A DNA stretch of 64,000 nt from Candidatus Bathyarchaeota archaeon (GCA_963815095.1 CAWFFH010000005.1:105359-169358), one strand, 5' to 3'; positions 40,199 to 50,890 are shown, numbered from the stretch's first letter. A program made the numbers and translations. Notes: generated by a model not told the origin, from the letters alone.

Positions 40199-41971
40199 AT
40201 GGATTACGCCATAATTGCCGACGCCTATGAAAAAATAGAAGCAACAACCAAACGCTTAGAAATGACTGATTTGCTGGTTGAACTACTTAAGAAAACCCCC
40301 AAAGGAGTCATAGCTAAAGTTGTTTATTTAACGCAGGGCAAACTATACCCCGACTTTATGGGCGTAGAGATGGGTGTTGCCGAAAAACTTGCCATAAAAG
40401 CCCTCTCACGTGCAGCAGGACAAAGTGAAAGTGTAATCCAAGCGGAACTTCAGAAAAGTGGTGACATCGGAGAAACATCACAAAAACAATTAGAAAAACG
40501 CAAACAATCCACTTTCTTCACTAGAAAGCTCACAGCCGAACGTGTTTATGAGACGCTTGATAAACTTGCAAAAACCTCAGGCTCAGGCGCCGTTGACACC
40601 AAAATGGCCTTGCTCTGTGGACTCTTAACTGACGCTTCGCCCAAAGAGGCAAAATGGATAATCCGCACCGTAACGGGCAACCTGCGTTTAGGCATCGCTG
40701 ATATGACGGTGCTTGACTCGTTGGCAATTGCCTACGGCGGAGGAAAGGAAGCCCGGGAACTCATCGAACGCGCCTACAACATATCCTCGGACCTTGGCAG
40801 GGTAGCAAACATCGTTGTCGAAAAAGGCATAGAAGGCATCCAAAAGTTCCAAGTCGTTGTTTTTGAACCCATAAGACCCATGTTGGCTGAACGCCTTGGT
40901 GCCCCAGAAGAAATTTTAGAAAAGTTTAGCGGCAAATGCGTTGCCGAATACAAGTACGACGGGGAACGAATCCAAGCACACAAAAAAGACGACAAGGTAA
41001 TTTTATTTTCGAGGCGTATGGAGAACATTTCTGACCAATACCCCGACGCCGTAGATTTAATCAAAGAAAAAATCGCTGCAAAAGAAGCCATCTTCGAAGC
41101 CGAATGTGTAGCAATGGATCTAGAAACGGGTGACATGCGCCCATTTCAAGAACTCATGCACCGCAGACGCAAATATGGCATAGAAGCAGCCATACAAGAT
41201 TACCCGATTTCGCTATTTGCCTTTGACGCACTCTACGTTGACGGCAAAGACCTAACCCAAGAACCATTCCCGCACAGACGCAAAATTCTCGAAAAAATCA
41301 TCAAACAAACCGACCGCATTAAACCAGCTACACAAAAACTCGTCAACAGCCCCAAAGAGCTGGAGGATTTCTTTGAGCAAGCCATAGCGGAAGGCTGTGA
41401 AGGCTTAATATGCAAATCCGTTGCCAAAGACTCAGTTTACCAGGCAGGAAGTCGTGGTTGGCTATGGATAAAGCTGAAGCGCGACTATCGAAGTGAAATG
41501 ACTGACACAGTAGATTTGGTGGTGGTTGGCGCTTTTCATGGCAGAGGCAAACGTGTTGGAGCTTATGGTGCTTTGCTCTTAGCTACATACAATGACAAAA
41601 CAGACACGTTTGAAACAGTCACCAAATGTGGCACCGGTTTCACTGACAAAGACTTGGCAATGCTTCATGAAATGCTCCAAAAACATATGGTTCCCCGTAA
41701 AAACAGTCGCGTCCAATCAACGATGGAGGCAGATGTATGGTTTGAGCCCGCGGTGGTTTTGGAGATTCTTGGAGCAGAAGTCACTTTGAGCCCCATTCAC
41801 ATGGCCGCAATGGACTCCATCCGCAAAGGTGCAGGCTTAGCAATTCGTTTTCCTCGTTTTACAGGCAAATACCGCACCGAGAAAGCTCCCGAAGATGCAA
41901 CGACCTCTAAAGAAATCGTTGAGATGTACCGTGCCCAACTGAAAAAAATCGGCAAAAACCCCACTGCATAG
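40199..41971 (+). CDS. lig: ATP-dependent DNA ligase
   Basis: EYKYDGER, EGLICK, WIKLKRDY, IRFPRF motifs. Confidence 0.96.
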   Translation: MDYAIIADAYEKIEATTKRLEMTDLLVELLKKTPKGVIAKVVYLTQGKLYPDFMGVEMGVAEKLAIKALSRAAGQSESVIQAELQKSGDIGETSQKQLEKRKQSTFFTRKLTAERVYETLDKLAKTSGSGAVDTKMALLCGLLTDASPKEAKWIIRTVTGNLRLGIADMTVLDSLAIAYGGGKEARELIERAYNISSDLGRVANIVVEKGIEGIQKFQVVVFEPIRPMLAERLGAPEEILEKFSGKCVAEYKYDGERIQAHKKDDKVILFSRRMENISDQYPDAVDLIKEKIAAKEAIFEAECVAMDLETGDMRPFQELMHRRRKYGIEAAIQDYPISLFAFDALYVDGKDLTQEPFPHRRKILEKIIKQTDRIKPATQKLVNSPKELEDFFEQAIAEGCEGLICKSVAKDSVYQAGSRGWLWIKLKRDYRSEMTDTVDLVVVGAFHGRGKRVGAYGALLLATYNDKTDTFETVTKCGTGFTDKDLAMLHEMLQKHMVPRKNSRVQSTMEADVWFEPAVVLEILGAEVTLSPIHMAAMDSIRKGAGLAIRFPRFTGKYRTEKAPEDATTSKEIVEMYRAQLKKIGKNPTA

Positions 41972-41995
41972 CGATAAAGATTGGACTATGATGTG

Positions 41996-42760
41996 CTAAT
42001 CTGAATAGTCAGCATAAATTGAATTCACACCTATTCCGCAATTAATAGTTAACGAGGGTCCCTCAAAGGTGCTCATTCCCATGCCGGAGGAAGGCGGTGA
42101 GACCACTTCGAAAGTTGCCCAGGTGCAGATTACGCGGTAGATATGTTGGTTTGGGAGAGAAATAGAATATGTTCCAGATTGAATTAGTCCTCCTGAGCTC
42201 GGTGAGCCTGATGTGGTTTTTACCGGTGTTGAGTATGTTGAATTGTCAGCTGTGTTTACAAATTTTATTTCGGTTGGAAAAATATCGTTATACGAATTTG
42301 CTGTGACTGTGCCTGAAACTTGAACTTCAGCGTTCAAGACAGTTAAATCGTATGATTTGGACGTGGAATTGCCATTTGCTGAAGTGGAGGTAATGGTGAT
42401 TGTGTAAATGTCTGAGGTCGCATCGGCTGGAACATTGATTGTTAGGTTGCTGGTAAATGTGTTGTTTGCGGAGGGTGTTCCTTTTTCTTTGGAGAAAACA
42501 CATTCTGTGCCGTTTGGTCCACCAGATGCCGTTAAAATAACAAGTTCAGGAGAACCACCGGTATAGGTCATGTTAATGTTTGTGGTGCAGTTGTTTGCTT
42601 GCAAAACTGTGCCGTTGGATGGATAAACGCTTAAGGTATAGTCTAAGGGCGTAGACACTGAGGGTTTAGTTTTAGGATAAAAATCCACAATGACATAGGC
42701 AACTAAAACTAACAGCAGAACAGCGAAAACACCAATAATTTTCTTTGAGTTTTTGGACAT
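41996..42760 (-). CDS. membrane-anchored extracellular hypothetical protein (Ig-like, Ser/Thr-rich)
   Basis: N-terminal TM anchor, many N-x-S/T sequons. Confidence 0.7.
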   Translation of the reverse strand: MSKNSKKIIGVFAVLLLVLVAYVIVDFYPKTKPSVSTPLDYTLSVYPSNGTVLQANNCTTNINMTYTGGSPELVILTASGGPNGTECVFSKEKGTPSANNTFTSNLTINVPADATSDIYTITITSTSANGNSTSKSYDLTVLNAEVQVSGTVTANSYNDIFPTEIKFVNTADNSTYSTPVKTTSGSPSSGGLIQSGTYSISLPNQHIYRVICTWATFEVVSPPSSGMGMSTFEGPSLTINCGIGVNSIYADYSD

Positions 42761-42880
42761 TACTTTGGTCGCCCAAAGAACTATTGTAGAGTGTTCCTTT
42801 TAGTTCTATTGAAGGAACACGCTGTTCCAACGCTGGAACGCAGAAAAGCTAAAACTGATAAGTCTCTTGTGCCTAAGTAA

Positions 42881-43519
42881 TTGCGAGTGTTGATTGGCTT
42901 GTCTCAAGACCCAGAAAAAATGAAAACGATGATAGCCTTCAAGAAACGACTTGAAGAGCAACTGGAAAAATTAACTAGTGAAACAAACGAGGTCCAAGCA
43001 ACCCTCGACACTGTTAACCAAATTCTGCTTGAGAAAGGATTCAAACGCGGAGACATAAAAGAGGTTCCTGCAGTTCCAGTGCCAGTGCTCAAAGAAGTGG
43101 TTTTGCCAAAACATGAATCTGAGGCGCCAAAAGCACCGTTGACCCAGCAGCACACAGAGCCCGAAAGCGTCATACCTCTAAAAACTATGGCTGACGAACC
43201 CTTAGCATTAATGTACTTTGGTAAACAAACAATACATGTGTTGCCTGACGAAAGCAAAAATTTTAGCGTCAACACAACCCCTTTTGGAAATTTTCTCATT
43301 GAGAAAGTCTTTGCAAAAATGCAGGAAAAAGACAAAGAACTCGTCAGGCTAGGGCAACTACAGACCGACAAAATGTTCTCCTATAACATCGTTCGAGAAG
43401 GCGACTTAATTCGAGAAATAATCATCAAAAACGCCGATGACGAACGTCTCAAAGAACTCAAGTCGAGCATCCGCTGGACTTTTGAGAAAATGTATGAAAA
43501 AATGAAAAGCGGCACCTAA
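42881..43519 (+). CDS. hypothetical protein with N-terminal coiled coil
   Basis: 212-aa ORF with host-like codon usage. Confidence 0.7.
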   Translation: MRVLIGLSQDPEKMKTMIAFKKRLEEQLEKLTSETNEVQATLDTVNQILLEKGFKRGDIKEVPAVPVPVLKEVVLPKHESEAPKAPLTQQHTEPESVIPLKTMADEPLALMYFGKQTIHVLPDESKNFSVNTTPFGNFLIEKVFAKMQEKDKELVRLGQLQTDKMFSYNIVREGDLIREIIIKNADDERLKELKSSIRWTFEKMYEKMKSGT

Positions 43520-43520
43520 A

Positions 43521-43847
43521 CTACATTGAATGTTTCAGTAGGGTGTCAACTATTTTGTTCTTGGGACATAAACCCACAAGTCTTTCCGCTTCTTTGCCGT
43601 CTTTGAAAACTATCATGGTGGGTATACTGAAGACTTGAAATTTTTCTGCAGTTGCTGGGTTCTCGTCAACATCGAGTTTGCCAATTAAGAATTTGCCGCT
43701 GTATTCTTTGGCTAGTTCCACGATAGTTGGAGCTAAGGCTCTGCAGGGACCACACCAATTAGCCCAGAAATCCACAAAGACCAGCTTGTTTTTCTTGACT
43801 GTTTCCTCAAAATTTGAGTCGGTTATATGAAAAGGTTCAGCGCTCAC
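43521..43847 (-). CDS. trxA: thioredoxin
   Basis: WCGPC active site, SIPT motif. Confidence 0.95.
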   Translation of the reverse strand: MSAEPFHITDSNFEETVKKNKLVFVDFWANWCGPCRALAPTIVELAKEYSGKFLIGKLDVDENPATAEKFQVFSIPTMIVFKDGKEAERLVGLCPKNKIVDTLLKHSM

Positions 43848-44283
43848 GTTTAATTTCTCCTAATAATCAACAATAATCTAAAAGAATAGTTTGATATAAA
43901 CCGTTCGTGACAACAAATTTCATGGTCACACTTTTACTTTTTCAAGCGCGTTCTTGAATGAGCAGTAAGAACCTTTAGCAGATCTAAAATATTATCAAAA
44001 TTTTTTTTCAATCAAACGCCGCTTTTCCTGCAAAAGTGCTATTGCTTTCTGGATTAAATATCGCCTTTGTCAACCATTTAATTATTGTCGAACTGAAAAC
44101 TACGTAAATCTCATTGAACAAACGACGGCATTTCCGATTGTCCCTTTCGCCTTATGTAAGGAAAAAAGCTTTAATTTTGAAGGGCTTGTGATTGCTTGTT
44201 TACTCCCACAAAAACATATAACCCAACTTAAAGATTGAGAATTTGAACTGCACCATCCCTTCTTAACTAAATTGGTCCAAACT

Positions 44284-45246
44284 ATGAATCGAAAGGAACT
44301 GTACAAAATTTTTAAAACTTCCTTTCAGGACTGGCGAGACGATAACGCCACACTCAGAGCGGCAGCCCTGACTTTTTTCATAATTCTGCCCTTGCCTACC
44401 CTTTTGCTTATTGTGGTGTCTATTTTTGCTCAGTTTTTCGGTCAGTCCCAAGCCATCCAAATAGTTATTCTACAAATATCTGAAGTTGCAGGACCTGCCG
44501 TATCTGATTTGTTTAAGCAATTGCTTTCAAGCTCAGGTTCACCATTTACATCGGTTTGGACTGCAATTGTTGTGGTGGGTTTTTCCGTTGGCGGTGCAAT
44601 AGGTGCGTTTTCTGTTTTACGTGACACAATGGATGTTATTTGGGAGGTTAAGGTGCCTAAAGAGCGACCTTTGTGGAAAAGAATTAGGCAGACAATTGGA
44701 CCGTTTGTTCTTGTTTCTGTGCTTGGATTGATTGTAATTGCTTGGACGGTAATTGTCCGTAGCTTGTTTAGTTTGATACGATTTTATTCAATAAATGGAA
44801 CTCTAACTGTAGTTGTAATTGCATTTGCTCAATTTATTTTATCTTTTGCCGTTTCAACATTGCTTTTCGCATTAATCTACAAACTGATACCCCAAGCAAG
44901 AGTACACTGGCAAGACGTAATCGTCGCATCCGTTGTGACTGGCATTGCATTTACTGTAACAAATTATATTTTTGGTACTTACATTCAAACCTTTACCGTC
45001 ACCACGGTCATCGGAGCGGCTGGTTCATTACTGATTATTCTGCTTTGGATTTTTGTGTTAAACCAAATCGTTCTCTTCGGGGCAGAAGTCTCCAAAATTT
45101 ACGCCACAAAAGTCAGTGAACATTCACGACAACATTTCTCCCCTTCCATAGAAAAAATAGTTCAACCCTTAGAGAAAGCTGGAGAGAGAATAGAACAAGC
45201 GACAAAAGATGAGTTTGAAACCCAAGAAAAAACCAAAAAAGAATAA
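44284..45246 (+). CDS. YihY/BrkB family membrane protein
   Basis: AAALTFF..LP.P, IGAAGSL..LLW....I.LFGAE motifs. Confidence 0.88.
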   Translation: MNRKELYKIFKTSFQDWRDDNATLRAAALTFFIILPLPTLLLIVVSIFAQFFGQSQAIQIVILQISEVAGPAVSDLFKQLLSSSGSPFTSVWTAIVVVGFSVGGAIGAFSVLRDTMDVIWEVKVPKERPLWKRIRQTIGPFVLVSVLGLIVIAWTVIVRSLFSLIRFYSINGTLTVVVIAFAQFILSFAVSTLLFALIYKLIPQARVHWQDVIVASVVTGIAFTVTNYIFGTYIQTFTVTTVIGAAGSLLIILLWIFVLNQIVLFGAEVSKIYATKVSEHSRQHFSPSIEKIVQPLEKAGERIEQATKDEFETQEKTKKE

Positions 45247-45342
45247 GTCAAAAAGAAACAAGAGTAAGAGAGACCAACCCAAACCCGACAATCCCTTTCA
45301 AAGAAGACGGCTAATTTTTGACAGTTTCCTAAGTTGAGGTGA

Positions 45343-45642
45343 TTAGTCAATTCGGAATATGCCTGTCCCATCAAATATTGCATCTTCGTCGTTTAACCCA
45401 AAATACTTACCTACTCTTTGTCCTTTATCGGTTAGGGTGTACACTTTTTTAGATCCCAAAGTTTCTTCTCTAATTAGGTCAAATTTGATCAGAAAATTAA
45501 AACTTTCTTTTGAAGAAACCAAATCAAGGTCCGCTTTGCGTATTATTTGTTGGCGCGTCATTGAGTCCATGGTCTCTAAGACCTTAATTACGGCGAGGTA
45601 CATCTCCATTCTGGAAAGTGCCAAGTTGTATCGTCCTTTCAA
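45343..45642 (-). CDS. winged-helix transcription regulator
   Basis: SRMEMYLAVI... YTLTDKG wing motif. Confidence 0.7.
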   Translation of the reverse strand: MKGRYNLALSRMEMYLAVIKVLETMDSMTRQQIIRKADLDLVSSKESFNFLIKFDLIREETLGSKKVYTLTDKGQRVGKYFGLNDEDAIFDGTGIFRID

Positions 45643-45867
45643 AAGGAGATGGAAACATTTTAACTATTAAGCCTTTCGACTTAAGACTGTTATCACGAGA
45701 GAATAAAACTGGAACAATTTAGCCAAAAATTACAAAATATCAATACGCACTCAATTTCAACCAGATCTGCTTGTCCATTTAGATGTGGGAAGTGTTGAAG
45801 CATAAAGGAAAAGGCAGAAATTTTTTAAAAAAGAAAAGCACAACTAATTTAAGATTAAAATAAAGTT

Positions 45868-46215
45868 CTATTTTTTTCCAAAAGTTTGTGGATCGATCTG
45901 CCTTCGTGTCCCATCTTTATCGATAACATACATGTGGAAGTCGTATTCGTTGCAATAATTCTTGAATTCACCATACCTTTGGATGTTGCCTTCAAACATT
46001 TCAGGAGTTGCTATTTCGCAGATTCGGGTTATGCAGCCTTTCTTTTCTGCTTGAATATCAGGGATGTAGCCTTTCGCGATTTCAGATGGTTTCTCGTAAC
46101 CCTCTGCATTAGCTTTTACTAGCCAATTATCCCGTTTCAATTCTTCGGCAACAGCTATAACACATGCGTTATGACTATCTTGAGGTTTACTTTTTTTCTC
46201 GGTCAAATTAAACAC
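45868..46215 (-). CDS. hypothetical protein, possible PD-(D/E)xK fold
   Basis: YIPDIQAEK...ICEI pattern. Confidence 0.55.
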   Translation of the reverse strand: MFNLTEKKSKPQDSHNACVIAVAEELKRDNWLVKANAEGYEKPSEIAKGYIPDIQAEKKGCITRICEIATPEMFEGNIQRYGEFKNYCNEYDFHMYVIDKDGTRRQIDPQTFGKK

Positions 46216-46403
46216 CTAAATGAATAATACTTAAAGGGATTTAATTAAGCGTCCGAAAGAAGAGAGGTACCCCACATAGTTTCTTAAAAGTCAAGCCAAA
46301 GATTGTTTGAGCTGCATTGAAGATTTGCCCGATTAAGAACTGCTCATTAGCCTGCTAATGCCAGCTTAATAGTTTTTTTAACTTAAGAGATTATTGGGTT
46401 TGA

Positions 46404-46481
46404 TGGTGGGCCGAGGCGGATTTGAACTGCCGACCTTTCGATTATCAGTCGAACGCTCCAGCCAAGCTGAGCTACCGGCCC
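46404..46481 (-). tRNA. tRNA-Ile(GAT)
   Basis: Reverse complement GGGCCGGTAGCTCAG...TTCGA-CTGATAA-TCGAA...GTTCAAATC...CCA. Confidence 0.95.
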
Positions 46482-46585
46482 CCATTTTTGACGTGACACA
46501 AATCTAATATTGTGTAGTTTTATAAGCATTGCCGTAAATCTTTTAATGCAACTCCATTATTGAGTTGTTAGGTTCAGTTTAGTTT

Positions 46586-46664
46586 GGGTTCGTAGCCTAG
46601 CACGGATTAAGGTGTCGGCCTTCGGAGCCGAAGATCGAGGGTTCAAATCCCTCCGGACCCGCCA
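46586..46664 (+). tRNA. tRNA-Arg(TCG), probable provirus integration target
   Basis: TCGGC-CTTCGGA-GCCGA anticodon arm, GGTTCAAATCC, CCA; viral-type genes start just downstream. Confidence 0.93.
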
Positions 46665-46759
46665 AATTATAAGGGAGTAAGTACTAGACTTTTTTTCCCA
46701 ATATCTTTGAATTTTTTTTTATTTTCAGCGGATGCCCTAAGCTTTAGGAGGGCTATTTC

Positions 46760-47308
46760 TTGAGCATCATTTTTACTTATCTTCGGCAGCCGCTTAACCG
46801 TTACACGTTCAAGGCGCCGAAAACTCGGGCGTGGGTTGAGCAACATTGCCAGGGCAAGCATGTGCTTAACCTTTTTGCAGGTCCTACTCGATTGAGTGGC
46901 TGCATAGAAGTCGCCAACGACATTGATCCAGCTATGCCGGGCACGCTTTTCCAGATGGATGCTTTGGAGTGCGCTAAAATGTTTAGGGAAGAGGGCGAGT
47001 TGTTTGATGTTGTTTTGATTGATGGACCTTACAGTTACCGCAAATCTATGGAGCTGTACAATGGGCATAAGAATAGTCGTTTCAAGCAGCTCCTCGATGT
47101 TATCCCTGATATTTTGACGCCAAACGGGTTGGTTATCAATTTTGGTTATCTTAGCAGCGTAATGAGTGGCAAGCGTGGTTTTCGTGTTCGGGAGATTTGC
47201 CTGATTAGCCATGGTGGCGCTCAGCATGACACCATTGCCTCCGTTGAGGAGCGAATCAAGTCACCAAACAGGAGAGAGCATAAATGGAAATCTTGCAAGA
47301 AGAGTTAA
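46760..47308 (+). CDS. small SAM-dependent (adenine DNA-type) methyltransferase
   Basis: VLNLFAG (motif I) and VLIDGPYS (DPPY-like motif IV); AGGAGG RBS. Confidence 0.65.
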   Translation: MSIIFTYLRQPLNRYTFKAPKTRAWVEQHCQGKHVLNLFAGPTRLSGCIEVANDIDPAMPGTLFQMDALECAKMFREEGELFDVVLIDGPYSYRKSMELYNGHKNSRFKQLLDVIPDILTPNGLVINFGYLSSVMSGKRGFRVREICLISHGGAQHDTIASVEERIKSPNRREHKWKSCKKS

Positions 47309-47814
47309 TCAAAAGAGGCCAAGATCTCTACGGAATAAACCCCAAAGACTGGAAATTTAGATGTACTTACAAGCTCACAGGCTGCAAATGTACCAAAGTA
47401 CAATCTTTCGCTAGCATCATTGAGCGACTCGAGAAAGGCATGCCTCCTTGTGCTAGGTTTGGCTTGTGCCTTCTTATGAGCAATATACTCGTCATTATCG
47501 ACCCCAGCAAACCCCATAATCGTGCCTTGGAGCAGAATTGTTACCACATGTTTCCGCTAGCCAACGATGCGCAAATGCTTGCAGCTGACCAAACAAACGC
47601 TCGTAGCTCCTGTGATCTTGTCAAAGAATGCTTAGGTGTTGATGGCTTGTTCTGTGATACTTTCGCTCATCCTTTTGATGAGTGTTTGAAGTATCAACGG
47701 TTCCTGATTCGTGCTGGCAATATGTACCGTGCTGGTTGGGAGTTTAATCCTTTTGAGATTGCCGATTTTGATCGGTTCTGGAAGATCCCTGAACACAGGG
47801 AGGCTTTTTCATGA
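47284..47814 (+). CDS. viral hypothetical protein (N-terminus resembles the VVA0879 family)
   Basis: G.NPKDWKFRC...C..VQS pattern. Confidence 0.5.
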   Translation: MEILQEELIKRGQDLYGINPKDWKFRCTYKLTGCKCTKVQSFASIIERLEKGMPPCARFGLCLLMSNILVIIDPSKPHNRALEQNCYHMFPLANDAQMLAADQTNARSSCDLVKECLGVDGLFCDTFAHPFDECLKYQRFLIRAGNMYRAGWEFNPFEIADFDRFWKIPEHREAFS

Positions 47815-48818
47815 TTGATCCTGAACAAAAGGTAGATCCTGCCCTGCAAGAGGTAGCCGATAAGATTCTGCATGATTTGCCTGAAGAGGTAGCCATGGGC
47901 ATTTCCTTTAAGTTGCATGAAGGCGGCGATGCCTTAGTTTTAACTTATCCAAAGTCTTTGCATGGAACGCCTGATATGCACTTGCTAGATAATACGGTGC
48001 GAAGGTATAGTGGGGCTTTTGTAAGTCGGGGAAAAGACAACTCGTTTTATTTGATTCCCAAACCCAAATCTCAGCAGCCAGTGACTGAGCAGTCGAAGGA
48101 AGATCCTAAACCCGAAGCCACACCCGCCGCTCCTATAGAGGCGCCAAAACCTGTCGACGTCAAAACTGCCGAACCCACGCCAGCACCCACACCTGAAAAG
48201 CAAAAGTTGCCTACAGAACTGGCGAATGAAGCAACCGAAAAACGTAACAAAGAAACAACTGAAAAAACGCTTAAGCAGTCTAGCCCAATAGCCACTTTCA
48301 AAGCCAAAGTTTGCATAAGTTGCTCTGATGCCGATTCCTGCAGTGCTGAGCACATGCGGTTGTGTTTTAGTGTTTTGAAGATGGAATCGATGGCTGATAT
48401 TTCACGTTTGCTTGACAAATTAGCCACTGATTTGCCTTTGGCTCTTGGAGACTTGTCTGCTCAGCTCTCCATGTTTTCTGTAGCGGCGCCACAGCCTAAG
48501 CCGCCTACTGCGCCGTCTCAGCTGCCGAAGGTGCAGCGGGATACTAACCCGCGGGAAGGCTTCGAAGAGGATGGTTTAGTCTGGGTTAAAGTCTTCGAGA
48601 ATGGCACTGCCAACCTGAAGTACCTGAAGGCCTACGAGAAAGATAATCAGGGCAGGCAACGCTTTGCAGACTTAGCCAAATGGATTACTGACAAGAAAGA
48701 CAAGCCCTTCACTAAGCTGCATTTCTTGGGCGAGGAGTGCCAAGTTTTCCTTTGGAATTTCAATCAAGGCCCATCCGCGATTGGAAAAAGTAAGTGCAAA
48801 AGTCAAGGGAGCGCTTAA
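47811..48818 (+). CDS. viral hypothetical protein with Pro/Glu-rich linker and CxxC cluster
   Basis: 335-aa ORF, ATGA overlap with the previous gene. Confidence 0.7.
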   Translation: MIDPEQKVDPALQEVADKILHDLPEEVAMGISFKLHEGGDALVLTYPKSLHGTPDMHLLDNTVRRYSGAFVSRGKDNSFYLIPKPKSQQPVTEQSKEDPKPEATPAAPIEAPKPVDVKTAEPTPAPTPEKQKLPTELANEATEKRNKETTEKTLKQSSPIATFKAKVCISCSDADSCSAEHMRLCFSVLKMESMADISRLLDKLATDLPLALGDLSAQLSMFSVAAPQPKPPTAPSQLPKVQRDTNPREGFEEDGLVWVKVFENGTANLKYLKAYEKDNQGRQRFADLAKWITDKKDKPFTKLHFLGEECQVFLWNFNQGPSAIGKSKCKSQGSA

Positions 48819-48820
48819 TT

Positions 48821-49886
48821 TTTGGTTGTTGCATCTGATAATTCCTCGGGCAACATACCTAACACCTGTTTAAACAGTTTACCAACGGCTGACAAGCTTT
48901 GGGGGATAGAGCGTAGAGTTTACCAAGTTATCGACTGCTTCAGAAGTCGAATTAAAACCCTGTGAAATTGCCCGAATTATCCATAAAACCAAGAAACCCA
49001 AGCAAATTAAGCCCGGTCAATATACCACCGTTCGCGTAGCCTGTCGGAACCTTCTCAACAAAGGCTTGATCGTGCAGCCCTATGAGGGAACATACTGCAA
49101 CAAAATCACCCACGGGGTGCGGTTCGTTCCGCTTTGCGTGCATAATGTGACGTTGCTTGCTAAGGTTTGTCAGAATCTTAAGCATTGGGAAAACGATGAG
49201 TTTGTCGGTGGGGTGAAGATTCATGTTTGTTTTGGTAAAGAGCGCAAGCAGGTTACGGGTTATATTGCTTGTGACGTCGGGGGCATGTCGCATGATGCTT
49301 GTCTTTTGGCGCTTAATAGGTGGTTCGAAATTGTTGAGGGCAGATTGGGCTATTGCCTGCAGGATGTTGGTTTTGCAGACGGTGGAGTTTAACAAAGATT
49401 ACCATGGCGCCCGCATCGATGGTTTTCAATGTGTAACTAAGATGGAGCTCTACGGGATTATTGATCGGACTTACCAGAAGGAAGAGGATGTAATTCGGCG
49501 AGAACGGAAGATCGTTTTGCCTATGACGATGAACAAGTTTGAGTCTGAAATTCATCGACAAATGGAAGACATTGGCAAAGGGCAGGAATTCTTTGAGTTG
49601 CAGCAGGAGGTTAAGCGGCTTTCTGAAACTCAGAAATTTAGCAATAAGTTGCAGCTTAGAGCAGTTTAGGCTTTTGGAGGCTATGTATCAGACTCTTGGA
49701 AAAACGAGCGGTGGCAGGGCTGTTGAGAATTTGGAGGGTTTACTTAAGGAGTTTACTGAAGCTGCAAAGAATTTTTCAACTGAGGCTAGGGTGCTTCATG
49801 AAGCGATTGGTAAACTTGGCGATTTAGAGAGTGACCCGAAACGGCTTGCTGAGGGACAAAGACGGCTTGGGGAGTATGTGACTTGA
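48821..49886 (+). pseudogene. N-terminal wHTH-containing viral protein split by about 3 frameshifts (possibly replication/regulatory)
   Basis: Pieces LKPCEIARII..RVACRNLLNKGLI / LVLQTVEFNKDY / EQFRLLEAMY read through with single-base shifts near 48925, 49366 and 49657. Confidence 0.55.
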
Positions 49887-50041
49887 CTTTGCAGATGGAG
49901 TTAGCGCCTTGTCCTTGTCGCCGTTGCCCGTGGAAACTTAGGAGTAAATGCGAGCATTACGCGAGAGTTTGCTTAGAGCTGCGCAGTTGCAGTAACTGCG
50001 ATCATCCGCTTGAGCAATGCGTTAAGGAGGCTTCCGTTTGA
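49883..50041 (+). CDS. 52-aa Cys-rich viral microprotein
   Basis: TTGA overlap with the previous stop; CPCRRC...CEH...CSNCDH. Confidence 0.55.
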   Translation: MTLQMELAPCPCRRCPWKLRSKCEHYARVCLELRSCSNCDHPLEQCVKEASV

Positions 50042-50199
50042 CGGATAGCAGAGTTTTCAGAGAGCGGTTTTGTAGGCATCCCCGATTCAAGGTTTGTGCT
50101 CGATGCGGCAGAGCCTTTGTGGAAGAAGAGAGAATTCGGAAAGGGAAACAGTCTCGGAAAGCATATCACGAAAAATGCTGGGAGGCAATGCAGATTTGA
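50038..50199 (+). CDS. 53-aa zinc-finger microprotein
   Basis: AAGGAGG RBS, TTGA overlap, CARC...YHEKC. Confidence 0.6.
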   Translation: MTDSRVFRERFCRHPRFKVCARCGRAFVEEERIRKGKQSRKAYHEKCWEAMQI

Positions 50200-50386
50200 G
50201 TTTTAAGGGCTTTTTTGGCAGTAAAAAGCCGCTCAGAAGTTTTAGAAGGGCGCTTTTTGGGCTGTTTTTGCATGGACTTTTCCCATGCTTTGGGAAGTGC
50301 CGTTTTAGCAGTTGCTGATGTAGGCTACAGACTGTTAGTTTGGCTATTCGTGAATGTTAACGAAACATTGGAGTGTGCATTCTGTG

Positions 50387-50890
50387 ATGGAAACAAGTGA
50401 AAAACCTGCTCAGAGCATCAGAAAAAAGCGTTCTGAGAGCGAAAAAGTGGGGCGTCTGAAGTATATTCAGGAGCTTCTTATCCGTTTAAACGGCAAAATG
50501 GATTCCCTCGACCGAAGAGTTAGTAGAATTGAGAAGTACCGTAAACGAGACTTGGAGTTTGTACGCTCAGACATCGAGGACGTTTGCGCCGACGAGGTCG
50601 ACAGGGAAATTGTGCGTTTAGTGTTTGAAGCTGGCGATTTGGGTTTGTATCCTCGGGTTATTGCTCAGCGGCTTGAGAGTTTCAAGGTTACCCGCTTCCA
50701 AGTTGGTCGTAGAATTCAGCGGATGAATAGAGCGTTTCGGGAGCGGCTTGATGAGTCTTTGTTTGAGTTGCGGGGTTGGCGTTGGGCGCTATCCAGTTTT
50801 GCCGTTGGCGCTTGGGGAGAGAGCAGCGAGAAGGCTGAGGCGGAAGTGAAGTCGTTACGCCTGAAGAGGAAGCCTGGCAATGACTTCTAA
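50387..50890 (+). CDS. coiled-coil plus winged-helix DNA-binding protein
   Basis: DEVDREIV...GLYPRVIAQRL..VTRFQVGRRIQRMN. Confidence 0.65.
   Translation: METSEKPAQSIRKKRSESEKVGRLKYIQELLIRLNGKMDSLDRRVSRIEKYRKRDLEFVRSDIEDVCADEVDREIVRLVFEAGDLGLYPRVIAQRLESFKVTRFQVGRRIQRMNRAFRERLDESLFELRGWRWALSSFAVGAWGESSEKAEAEVKSLRLKRKPGNDF

Noticed and set aside
46667-47227. 186-aa minus-strand ORF next to tRNA-Arg as a possible integrase
   Set aside because: No tyrosine/serine recombinase motifs; antisense shadow of the methyltransferase gene.
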